From a virus (lineage: Duplodnaviria; Caudoviricetes), in IMG/VR virus record IMGVR_UViG_3300038824_000003, positions 1 to 54,410 of that record: a stretch of DNA of 54,410 nt; one strand, written 5' to 3'. The stretch's first letter is position 1; each line of letters starts with the position of its first letter. Positions 27,241 through 36,106 of this stretch are shown here, one piece after another. The position numbers and the translations under genes are program-made. The notes under the pieces are model-generated. The model saw nothing but the letters and a program-made list of their open reading frames with translations, made no database searches and was not told where the DNA came from.

Positions 27241-28808
27241 TGCGTGTGCATGTCGTCAGTGTACATCATAAGGGTGAACGAATCCTCGACCGGCTGGCAC
27301 ACCCGCTGGGCAGTATGGATGGGTGGACGATTGGCAGCACGCCGGACGCTTCAGCGGATGTCAATTACTTTTTCCCGTACCTGGAATATCGCAAGCATCG
27401 CGGCTTCAGCGCCACTCAAACAGCGGCCTACTTTACGCACAAAGACCTGTCGCAGCCGGGCAAAGTCAATGTCTGGAACGAGGTCGCAGCGGCAGCCGAT
27501 CTGCGCCTGACCAGTGCTGAGCTATACATTGCGGAATTACAGCACTATGGCCCGACCTACAAAGTGACGCCCCCGCTCGAAAAAGAGCACTTCACGATTG
27601 CCAAATCCGCAACGATTGCGGATAAGCCTCATGTGGGCGTTTCCGGCTTTGTGTATGCCGGGGGGCGCAAGGGTGAAGGGTTGGTCAAACAGTTGGCGGC
27701 GGACACGCGGTTCAGGATTGACCTGGTGGCGTCCGGCGACGGATGGCCGGTTCCGACCCGGCGGTATGATTACCGCGATCTGCCCCGCTTCTTCCAGGGT
27801 CTGGATGTTTATCTGTGTACATCCAACATCGAGGGTATTGGCTACCCGGTGCTTGAGGCACTGGCATGTGGCGTGAAGGTGGTCATCCCGCATGGTGTGG
27901 GTATCTTCGATGAACTCCCGGATGATGTCGGGATTGAACGCTATATCGCCGGTGATTACGATGATATGGTGGGGGCGCTTCAGCGGGCGCTGAATGCAGA
28001 TGCAAACCCCGATCTGCTGCGCTCCGGGATACTGCAATTCGATTCGGTGTTCTGGCAGCGCGATCACGAACGGGCGATGCGCGATTTGCTGGATATGCCG
28101 GATTCGGATACCTGCGGCGTTGTGTATGTGGCTTACGGGGATAATGCGCGTGAGTGCGCGACCTGGGCGGTGCAGTCTGCCAAACAATATCTACCGGCAG
28201 GTGTGGAGGTAGCCGTCATCTCCGACAGCGAGTTAGCTGCCGGGGAAGATATATTCCTCTACCACCCGGATGTGGATTATGGCGGGCGCACGGCAAAGAC
28301 GCGATTGTATGATCTGGTTCCGGCGCACTGGCAGTATGTGCTGTACCTGGATGCCGATACGGAAATGGTAGGGCCGGACATCAAACTATTTTTCGATCTG
28401 CTAAAGGACGGCTGGGAACTGGTGTTCTGCCTGACAACTCCCAAATATGCACTGGTCGAGAATATGTTCCGCTCAGACAACAAAGCGGAAATTGCGGCCA
28501 CGATTGAACAGCTTGGAACCGGCAATCTGCTCCAGCTTCAGGGCGGCGTGTTTGCGTTCCGGCGCTGTGCTGCCATTCAGCATTTGATGGCCGGGTGGCA
28601 TCGTGAGTGGCTGCGCTGGGGGAAAAAGGATCAGCCCGGTCTCGACCGTGCGCTGTATCGCCATCCGGTAAAACTGTACCTGCTGGGTACAGAATGGAAT
28701 ACAACCATCGGGCACGAGCCGCCGGAGAAAGCGATCTGCATCCGGCATTACCCGGCCACTGCTCGCCGTTGGGGGAAGCGAAAGGTGTATGCAGGCTATG
28801 GGCAGTGA
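27240..28808 (+). CDS. Bifunctional glycosyltransferase (GT-B/GT4-like plus GT-A)
   Basis: RKG and DVYLCTSNIEGIGYPVLEALACG (GT4-type ExxxxxxxE), then YLDAD, QGGVFAF and DQPGL. Confidence 0.88.
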   Translation: MRVHVVSVHHKGERILDRLAHPLGSMDGWTIGSTPDASADVNYFFPYLEYRKHRGFSATQTAAYFTHKDLSQPGKVNVWNEVAAAADLRLTSAELYIAELQHYGPTYKVTPPLEKEHFTIAKSATIADKPHVGVSGFVYAGGRKGEGLVKQLAADTRFRIDLVASGDGWPVPTRRYDYRDLPRFFQGLDVYLCTSNIEGIGYPVLEALACGVKVVIPHGVGIFDELPDDVGIERYIAGDYDDMVGALQRALNADANPDLLRSGILQFDSVFWQRDHERAMRDLLDMPDSDTCGVVYVAYGDNARECATWAVQSAKQYLPAGVEVAVISDSELAAGEDIFLYHPDVDYGGRTAKTRLYDLVPAHWQYVLYLDADTEMVGPDIKLFFDLLKDGWELVFCLTTPKYALVENMFRSDNKAEIAATIEQLGTGNLLQLQGGVFAFRRCAAIQHLMAGWHREWLRWGKKDQPGLDRALYRHPVKLYLLGTEWNTTIGHEPPEKAICIRHYPATARRWGKRKVYAGYGQ

Positions 28809-29271
28809 GGTGCTCAATCTGGCAGCCGGGAACCGGTTGATTAACGGTGCAATCAACCATGACCTGCACCGCCATCGAGCAGAAATTACGGTGACGCACG
28901 ATCTGAACATCACGCCCTGGCCCTGGGATGACGCGCAGTTTACGACCATCCATATGATTGATGCAGCGGAGCATCTGACGCTGACGCTGATTGAGTCGCT
29001 GAACGAATGCTGGCGGCTGCTAAAGCCGGCGGGCCATCTGCACCTGAAGTATCCGCTGCATTACAGCCCTACCATCCACGATGACCCCACCCACCGCTGG
29101 TTCTGGTCAGAGCGTTGCCTGGAATATGTAATCCCAGGCACGGAGTACGGCGATCGTTACGGTTTCTACACACCGTACAAATGGCGACTGGTCAAAAAAG
29201 AGATCATGAGCAAGCGCAGCCTGAAAGCTGTGTTGCAAAAAGTCGGTCATATAGAGGGTGAGCATGCCTAA
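28789..29271 (+). CDS. Class I SAM-dependent methyltransferase
   Basis: LNLAAG, HDLN..PWPW.D, EH...NECWRLLKPAG and DPTH. Confidence 0.85.
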   Translation: MQAMGSEVLNLAAGNRLINGAINHDLHRHRAEITVTHDLNITPWPWDDAQFTTIHMIDAAEHLTLTLIESLNECWRLLKPAGHLHLKYPLHYSPTIHDDPTHRWFWSERCLEYVIPGTEYGDRYGFYTPYKWRLVKKEIMSKRSLKAVLQKVGHIEGEHA

Positions 29272-29965
29272 CCATCCCTACGCCACACCGGCAGAGGTGC
29301 GGGCGCAGTCCGATGCGCTCAATACCACAATGCCGGATGCCGAACTGAATATTCTGCTGGACGCAATTAGCGAAGCGATTGACGGCTACTGCAACCGGCC
29401 CGATGGCTTTGTCGCCGACAGCGCCGCAACCGCCCGTGAATATGAAGGGTCTGGCCGGGGCTGGCAGCGGATTGATGAGAATGTCGAAATCAGTGAAGTG
29501 GCTGTTAAGGACAGTGTGACCGATACGACCTATACCGTCTGGGAGGCCAGCGATTGGATTGCCTTCAGCGGTGATCCGCTGCACCCCAACTTTAACAAGA
29601 CGCCGTACACGCAGATCATGATTGCACCGGCGGGCAGCTACTCGCATTTCACATCGGGGCGCTATAACACGCTGACCGGCTTCCGACCGGTCTACGATGC
29701 GTATCATGAGCGCCGCCAGCGCTATGCTGTACCGACCGTGCGCGTCAAGGCCAAGTGGGGCTATGCGGTAACGGTTCCGAGTCGCGTCAAGCAGGCCACG
29801 ATTATCGAGGCGACACGCTTATTCAAGCGCGGCGAAGCGGCCTGGGCCGATGCGATTGGCAATGATGTGACCGGTGAAACGCGCTATATAAAGGGTCTTG
29901 ATCCGGTGACACAGATGATTCTCGACAAATCGCGGCTGGTTAAACCGGCGATTGGGATGCGCTGA
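29258..29965 (+). CDS. Head-tail adaptor (gp6/gp15-like)
   Basis: YATPAEVR, IDGYCNR, WGYA..VP..VKQA. Confidence 0.8.
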   Translation: MSMPNHPYATPAEVRAQSDALNTTMPDAELNILLDAISEAIDGYCNRPDGFVADSAATAREYEGSGRGWQRIDENVEISEVAVKDSVTDTTYTVWEASDWIAFSGDPLHPNFNKTPYTQIMIAPAGSYSHFTSGRYNTLTGFRPVYDAYHERRQRYAVPTVRVKAKWGYAVTVPSRVKQATIIEATRLFKRGEAAWADAIGNDVTGETRYIKGLDPVTQMILDKSRLVKPAIGMR

Positions 29966-30444
29966 TGCCATTGCACGTCGATATTCAGGGGCTGGCCCAG
30001 ACCAAGCGCAAGCTGGAGCAGGTAGCAGACGATCTGCACGGCAGCGACATGCGGAGTGGGATGCAGCAGGCGACACTGATTGTCACCCGCGATGCCAAGC
30101 GCTTTGCGCCGGTTGATACCGGGGCGCTGCGAGCGGACATCACGCCCAGCGTGTTTTCTTCGCGGCGTGGGGTCACCGGCACGGTTGGCTCTACCAAGTT
30201 CTATGCACCCTTCATGGAACTCGGTACGGGCACGTTTGTGGGCCGCCCACCCCACCGCCCACCAGCGAGCGCCCTGCGCCAGTGGGCACGCCGCCACCGG
30301 ATGAGCGCCTATGTCGTGGCACGGGCGATTGCCCGGCGCGGCGGTCTGGAACCGCGGCGCTTTTTGCAGCGTGCGCTTGAGCAGAATGAAGACCAGATCG
30401 CGAATATCCTGGGGCGGACGGTTGAGCGGATTGTGAGCAAATAA
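29965..30444 (+). CDS. HK97 gp10-like tail completion protein
   Basis: AKRFAPVDTGALR.SI-like motif, YAPFMELGT, PRRFLQRA. Confidence 0.88.
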   Translation: MPLHVDIQGLAQTKRKLEQVADDLHGSDMRSGMQQATLIVTRDAKRFAPVDTGALRADITPSVFSSRRGVTGTVGSTKFYAPFMELGTGTFVGRPPHRPPASALRQWARRHRMSAYVVARAIARRGGLEPRRFLQRALEQNEDQIANILGRTVERIVSK

Positions 30445-30888
30445 ATGGCAACGATCACGATAGCGCAGATCAACACTGCGATCCGCGATGCGCTGGCGGG
30501 GGTCAACGTAAAGGAAGCGCAGGACTATAACGAGATAACGGAAAACATCGTCAACTGGCCGCTGCTGCAAGTCTACTGGGAAAGTCTGGAACAGGATCCA
30601 ACGACATCGACCGAACGTTCGACATTCACTGCCGGGGTGCGCCAGACTGATCTGGTCTACCATGTTGATCTGTATACCTCACGCCGGGCGCACAGCAAGC
30701 AAATCCTGGCCGATATGTACCCGCTGATCGACGAGGTTACGGCGGTGTTTGAAGCACAGGATTCAGCGCCGTTTTTCGGTCTGGACGGAGTGAAGGCGTT
30801 CAGCTTCTCAGCGCAGCGGGCGATTTTCGAGTATGCCAACGAGCAGTACAACGGCGTGAGATGGATATTGAATATCAGGGTGTTTTAG
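30445..30888 (+). CDS. Tail terminator protein
   Basis: Position and size; beta-rich with WPLLQV. Confidence 0.6.
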   Translation: MATITIAQINTAIRDALAGVNVKEAQDYNEITENIVNWPLLQVYWESLEQDPTTSTERSTFTAGVRQTDLVYHVDLYTSRRAHSKQILADMYPLIDEVTAVFEAQDSAPFFGLDGVKAFSFSAQRAIFEYANEQYNGVRWILNIRVF

Positions 30889-30890
30889 CC

Positions 30891-31232
30891 ATGCCATACT
30901 ATCGAGCACTGGACAATCTCTACATCGGCAACCGGCTTGTCCGCAAGGGCAGTATCTTGCAGCGGGCATTTAGCCAGCAGCAAATTGACGCGCTGGTTAC
31001 GGTCGGAGCAATCGCGCCGGTTCGCACGCCGCCGCTGGCGCAACTGCCGGGCTGGACGACACGCGCCAAGCGGCTGGAAGCGCACGGCATATCAACCGCC
31101 AGCGACTTCCTCGAAACGGATAATCGCAAGCTGGCTGACTGGCTGCGCGTGAAGCAAGAAACGATTGCGCGATACAAGCGCGAAATTATCGACACCTGGT
31201 TACAGCCGGACGATAAACAGTCCGGCAGTTGA
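30891..31232 (+). CDS. Small protein with helix-hairpin-helix (DUF4332-like) domain
   Basis: LAQLPGW...AKRLEAHGISTASDFL. Confidence 0.6.
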   Translation: MPYYRALDNLYIGNRLVRKGSILQRAFSQQQIDALVTVGAIAPVRTPPLAQLPGWTTRAKRLEAHGISTASDFLETDNRKLADWLRVKQETIARYKREIIDTWLQPDDKQSGS

Positions 31233-31297
31233 GGGCACTGCTGAGCGGGCAGTTGCCTTGCACTATCGTTTATTGAGGTGAGTACAGGAGATTAACC

Positions 31298-31741
31298 ATG
31301 CCTCAGACAACCACTGCACAGAATGCTTGTTCGGCGCGGATTTACATCGATGACGATTCGGGAACGCTGCTCGATGTATCAGGGAGTTCGACCACCGCAT
31401 CGCTGAATCTGACCAAAGACATCGGGGCGGCCTTCACGTTCGAGGGCGATTTCGCCGTCAAGACAGAATGTAAAAAGGACGGCACGATTGACTTCTCGTC
31501 GCTGTGGACAACGGCAACCGGCGAAGCGCGGGCGCTGCTGGAGCAATGGTTCCAGGCTGGCGGTCGTCGCACGTTCCGCATGGACATGCCCAACAGCGAA
31601 GTGGGCAGCCGTCGCTACGAAGGCGAAGTCCGCCTGGAAGAATACTCTTTCCCGGTGGAAGCGGGTAACGCTGATCCGGTAGTCGTCACTGGCCGGATGG
31701 TGACCGACGGCGAACTGTCCTTCAGCACGATTGCCAGCTAA
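31298..31741 (+). CDS. Major tail tube protein
   Basis: 147 aa beta-rich protein with strong GGAG RBS, directly upstream of the chaperone and tape measure genes. Confidence 0.8.
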   Translation: MPQTTTAQNACSARIYIDDDSGTLLDVSGSSTTASLNLTKDIGAAFTFEGDFAVKTECKKDGTIDFSSLWTTATGEARALLEQWFQAGGRRTFRMDMPNSEVGSRRYEGEVRLEEYSFPVEAGNADPVVVTGRMVTDGELSFSTIAS

Positions 31742-31784
31742 CGGCTCGCAATCATCACATCGTTCGATTTAAGAGGATAACACC

Positions 31785-32138
31785 ATGCCGAAACGGCAAC
31801 GCACGAAGCGCATTGACGCCTCCCCGATTCAGGGTGAAGGCGCTTATGTGCTCATCAAGAGCATGACGCTCAAGGAAACCCAGGCGTTTCAGGCCAAACT
31901 GACCCCACTGCAAAATGGTAGTGCCGATCCGATGGAGGCTGAGCGCCTGGGGCGCGAATTCTTCGCCGAATACGTGGTCGAGTGGAACCTGGTGGATGAT
32001 GATGACAATCCGCTGCCCTCACCACACGGGAACCCGGATGCACTGGCCGAACTGACGGTCGAGGAATTTCGGTTTATCACGGAAGCCATGCAGGGCGGCA
32101 ACGGCATCGCCGAAAAAAACTCGAACTCCAAATCTTAA
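31785..32138 (+). CDS. Tail assembly chaperone (G)
   Basis: VVEWNLVDDDDNPLP, ending ...EKN at a slippery site. Confidence 0.85.
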   Translation: MPKRQRTKRIDASPIQGEGAYVLIKSMTLKETQAFQAKLTPLQNGSADPMEAERLGREFFAEYVVEWNLVDDDDNPLPSPHGNPDALAELTVEEFRFITEAMQGGNGIAEKNSNSKS

Positions 32139-32455
32139 ACTGGCTGGCTGATGAGCGCGATGAGGGTGAGCGCGATCCGGCCCCCTGGGATTTGGTTGAA
32201 TACACCCTCTGCAAAACCTATCACTGCCTGCCAAGCCAGTTGGCCCGCGAGGACTACGATACGCTGATGCGCCATATGGCGGTGCAGAATGCGATCTCGC
32301 GCAAGCAGGATGCGGAGGATCGGGCACGGGAACAGGCCAGCAAAGCCAAAGGCAAGATGGACCCGAAATTACTGATTCCCAACTATATCAAGGCAGAGAT
32401 CATCAAGCTGGAACAGAAGATCAAGCAACTGGAGCAAGCTGATACCACGCCGTAA
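32114..32455 (+). CDS. Tail chaperone -1 frameshift extension (GT)
   Basis: A AAA AAC at 32114-32120. The -1 frame is open from 32120 (LELQILNWL...YHCLPSQL...) to the stop at 32455. Confidence 0.8.
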   Translation, partial: KKLELQILNWLADERDEGERDPAPWDLVEYTLCKTYHCLPSQLAREDYDTLMRHMAVQNAISRKQDAEDRAREQASKAKGKMDPKLLIPNYIKAEIIKLEQKIKQLEQADTTP

Positions 32456-35282
32456 CACTATCGAGATTGTCATAACCGCCAATGACCAGGCGTCGTCGGT
32501 GCTGAATAATGTGTTGCGCGATACGGGGCGCTCGTTCCAACGCTCGTTCCAGATTGTCACGGCGGGGGCGGCAGCAGCATCGACCGCGATTGCCGGTATG
32601 ACGACGGTGGGCATCCGGCAGTTTACACAGTTTGAACGCCAGATGAATGAGGTGTTCACCCTGCTGCCGGGCATCTCGCAGGATGCGATGAATCGCATGT
32701 CGGCAGATGTGCTGCAATTCAGCGAGATTTTCGGCACGCTGCCGAGCGAGGTTGTCCCGGCGCTGTACCAGGCGCTGTCTGCCGGTGTGCCGCAGGATAA
32801 CGTCTTTGAGTTCCTGGAAGTGGCACAGCAGGCGGCGCTCGGTGGCGTCACCGAACTCCAAACTGCGATTGACGGTATCACGTCGGTTGTCAATGCCTAT
32901 GGCGCGGATGTCATCAACGCCACTGAAGCCAGTGACCTGATGTTCACGGCAGTGCGTTTGGGGAAAACGACATTCGAGGAACTGTCCGATTCGCTGTTCA
33001 ATGTAATCCCAACCGCATCGGCAGTTGGGGTGCAGTTCGGCGAAATTACGGCGGCGCTGGCAACGATGACGGCACAGGGCACGCCCACCAGCGTGGCAAC
33101 CACGCAGTTGCGCCAGTTGCTGGTCGAATTGTCGCGGCCCGGCACGCAGGTGGCCGAAATCTTCGAGCGCATTTCTGGGCAGAGTTTTGAGCAGTTTATC
33201 GCCAGCGGCGGCACGGTGCAGGAAGCGCTGGGGCTGCTGGAAGCGGAAGCGGATGCCACCGGCGTCAGCATTAGCGCACTGTTTTCGTCAGTCGAAGCGG
33301 GCAATGCGGCGCTGGCACTGACCGGCGCAGGGGCAGAATCGTTCAATCGCAATCTGCAAGAAATGGAGAACAGTGCTGGGGCAACCGAAAACGCCTTTAA
33401 CCAGATGAACCAGGGCATTGGGCAATCGCTGCGAGAATTCCAGGCATCGTTCCAGGCACTGCTCATCACAATTGGCGAGCGGGCAGCGCCATTGATAACG
33501 CCTATTATCGATGCGTTTACTAACTTTATACGGATCATTCGAGCAGCGCTGGTTGATGGGGAAACATTGAGTGACTGGTTGACCCACCTACCGGGGATTT
33601 TACAGCCGATTGCGCGGGCGATTGCGCGGGCGGTTGCCTGGGTGGGGCGTGCCATCGATGAGTTTCAGTCTTTCACCGAAGCTATCCAGGCCGGTGTGCC
33701 GCCGCTGGAAGCCTTCCAGCAAATGATGCTGAATATCTTTCCGCGCAATGTGGCGATTGTGATTAACAGCATCGCCGGTGCAATTCAGCAGTTGATCGTA
33801 TTCCTGACGCCAATCACATCACGGATCGCCCAGTGGGTGCAGGACAATATCAAGCTGGAAGATGTGCTGATGGGCGTTGGTATCGCGATCACGTCAGTGG
33901 TCGTCCCGGCGCTGTTCGGCATGGGCCGCGCACTAATGACGGCCCTGGGGCCAATCGGTCTGTTGATCTCCGGCATTTCCGTATTCCGGCAGGCGTGGGA
34001 AGCAGACTTCATGGGCATCCGCACGTTTATCACCGAAAATGTGCTGCCAGGGTTGCAGGAATTCGGGCAGCAGGTATCAGAAGATATTCTACCGGGGATC
34101 GTTAGCTTCATTGAGAATAATGTGATGCCGGTAGTCGAGGGGTTCCTGGGCTTTCTGGCCGATGCGTGGGAGTTTGTCTCCCCGGCGCTGACGATGCTGG
34201 GTAGCTGGTTCCTGGATGAGTTCCTCCCGGCAGTGCGCTCGCTGCTGGAAAACGCGGTCATCCCGGCAATTCAATCCTTTGTCGGGTGGTTGAGCGACAT
34301 CTGGGCGGTTGTGGGGCCAGCGTTGGGGCAACTGGCAAACTGGTTTCTGTACGAAGCCCTGCCAGCGATCCTGGAATTCATCAGCGGGACAGTCATCCCG
34401 GCGATTAAAACATTGATTGGCTGGCTAACGGACATCTGGGAGGCGGTTTCCCCGGCGTTAACCGCATTGCGGAACTGGTTCACGAAGGAAGGGTTGCCCT
34501 GGATTCGCGGGGCGCTGGAATGGTTCTGGAATAACGTGCTGATTCCAGTGGTCGATTTCCTGTCCGGTATCTGGGAAGCGATCAGCCCGGCGCTGGGTGA
34601 TGTCTTCAACTGGTTTGTCCAGGAAGGAATACCAGCTATCCAGGGGGTGCTGGAATTCCTGTGGCATAACGTGCTGGAACCGATTATCAATCTGCTGGCC
34701 GGTATCTGGGAAGCGATAGCCCCCGGCGTAAAAGCGTTCGCCGATGGGATTATCAAAGCGATTCGCGATGTCATTAGCTGGCTGGTGAAACTGATTGGGC
34801 AAATCTCACGGGTTATTGCACAGTGGAACAGTGCCATTGATGTGATGAACCAGGCCATTGATACCGAGCGGCGCATGATCGAGAGCGGTGAGATAACAAC
34901 CGGGCAAGCCGCAGCCAATCGTATGAGAGCCTTGCAGAATTCATTCCAGCAAGGGCAGGAAAGCGGTGGTATTGGCGGACTTTTCCAGAGCCTGTTTTCA
35001 GCAGGGCTAGCTGCGGCGGGTGGCACAATTGTTCGCGATTTTGGCGGCCCAGTACGGGCCGGTCAACCGGTCATGATCGGGCGGGGGGCACAGCCAGAAC
35101 TGTTTGTGCCCAACCAAAGCGGCACGATGTATCCCAATGCTGACCAGATGGGCGGCCCGCAGACGGTCAATTACATCACGATTGATGTACCGGCAGGCGG
35201 ATTTGGCAGCCAGGAAGAGGCCAATGAAGCCGGGCGAATGATGGTCAGCGCACTGCGGAATGCGGGGGTTGAGGTCGGATGA
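32442..35282 (+). CDS. Tape measure protein (probable ATA start at 32442; ORF track start 32499)
   Basis: TP901-like core (LYQALSAG, GKTTFEEL, ATTQLR) and Trp-periodic amphipathic repeats. Upstream in-frame PRRNTIEIVITANDQAS is a typical TMP N-terminus. Confidence 0.92.
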   Translation: MPRRNTIEIVITANDQASSVLNNVLRDTGRSFQRSFQIVTAGAAAASTAIAGMTTVGIRQFTQFERQMNEVFTLLPGISQDAMNRMSADVLQFSEIFGTLPSEVVPALYQALSAGVPQDNVFEFLEVAQQAALGGVTELQTAIDGITSVVNAYGADVINATEASDLMFTAVRLGKTTFEELSDSLFNVIPTASAVGVQFGEITAALATMTAQGTPTSVATTQLRQLLVELSRPGTQVAEIFERISGQSFEQFIASGGTVQEALGLLEAEADATGVSISALFSSVEAGNAALALTGAGAESFNRNLQEMENSAGATENAFNQMNQGIGQSLREFQASFQALLITIGERAAPLITPIIDAFTNFIRIIRAALVDGETLSDWLTHLPGILQPIARAIARAVAWVGRAIDEFQSFTEAIQAGVPPLEAFQQMMLNIFPRNVAIVINSIAGAIQQLIVFLTPITSRIAQWVQDNIKLEDVLMGVGIAITSVVVPALFGMGRALMTALGPIGLLISGISVFRQAWEADFMGIRTFITENVLPGLQEFGQQVSEDILPGIVSFIENNVMPVVEGFLGFLADAWEFVSPALTMLGSWFLDEFLPAVRSLLENAVIPAIQSFVGWLSDIWAVVGPALGQLANWFLYEALPAILEFISGTVIPAIKTLIGWLTDIWEAVSPALTALRNWFTKEGLPWIRGALEWFWNNVLIPVVDFLSGIWEAISPALGDVFNWFVQEGIPAIQGVLEFLWHNVLEPIINLLAGIWEAIAPGVKAFADGIIKAIRDVISWLVKLIGQISRVIAQWNSAIDVMNQAIDTERRMIESGEITTGQAAANRMRALQNSFQQGQESGGIGGLFQSLFSAGLAAAGGTIVRDFGGPVRAGQPVMIGRGAQPELFVPNQSGTMYPNADQMGGPQTVNYITIDVPAGGFGSQEEANEAGRMMVSALRNAGVEVG

Positions 35283-36106
35283 GACTGACACAATTTGGCA
35301 ACGTGGTACTGCCGCAGAATGATGGCACGGACAGCCTGCCGGTGCAGGCACGCACGGCGCTGATCATGCTGCAAAATGGCAGCTTCGATCAGGATGGCAG
35401 CAATCTGGTATTGCAGCCCGGCAGCGTATCGCGACAGGTGCGTATCTTCAGCAGCATCGACAGCACGTTGCAGGAATTACTAAAAGAACTGGGCAAGGGC
35501 CGGTTGATCCTGAAGGCCAAGCTGCGGGATGATACCACCGAGTGGCAGACCTGGGCCAAGCTGCAAGCCTTCCAGCGCAACGCCATCGCCCGTGATTATG
35601 ACTGCGATCAGGCGATTGTGATCCAGTGGAGTCAGGATTATCCCTACTGGCTGGCGTCAGCTGACGAACCCTGGTATCTGGATACGGGCCTGTTCCTGGA
35701 TACGGGCCTGTTCCTGGATGCGGGCAATGTCGAAACGCAAACGCTGACGACCACGTCCGAGAGCTTTACGATTGACAATGACGGCGGCGCGGTCGTTCCG
35801 GCGGGCGCGATTCTGATCGAGCCGGGAGCCGGGGCATCTATCGAAAACCCGGTCATCACCAACACCAGCAACCAGATGCTGCTGACCTACAGCGGCACGC
35901 TGTCTGCCGGTGACCGTCTGCAAATCGATTTTTTGACCAAGAGCGTCATGCTCAATGGCAGCGATGATTACAGCAACCTGACGATTGGCGCGAGCCAGTT
36001 GGACTGGATGCTGCTCGATCTGGGGGATAACGACATCGAAGTGACATCTGACAGCATCTCCGGCAGTGTGACGCTGCGATGGGCGTGGGCGAGGCACTAT
36101 CTCTAA
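35279..36106 (+). CDS. Distal tail (Dit-like) protein
   Basis: Follows TMP; PYW, IDNDG, GDRLQID and LGDNDIEV. Exact 18-bp tandem repeat at 35678-35719 (LDTGLF twice). Confidence 0.8.
   Translation: MRLTQFGNVVLPQNDGTDSLPVQARTALIMLQNGSFDQDGSNLVLQPGSVSRQVRIFSSIDSTLQELLKELGKGRLILKAKLRDDTTEWQTWAKLQAFQRNAIARDYDCDQAIVIQWSQDYPYWLASADEPWYLDTGLFLDTGLFLDAGNVETQTLTTTSESFTIDNDGGAVVPAGAILIEPGAGASIENPVITNTSNQMLLTYSGTLSAGDRLQIDFLTKSVMLNGSDDYSNLTIGASQLDWMLLDLGDNDIEVTSDSISGSVTLRWAWARHYL

Noticed and set aside
35678-35719. 18-bp tandem repeat as a regulatory or contingency locus
   Set aside because: In-frame LDTGLF peptide repeat in a Dit loop; no frame effect.
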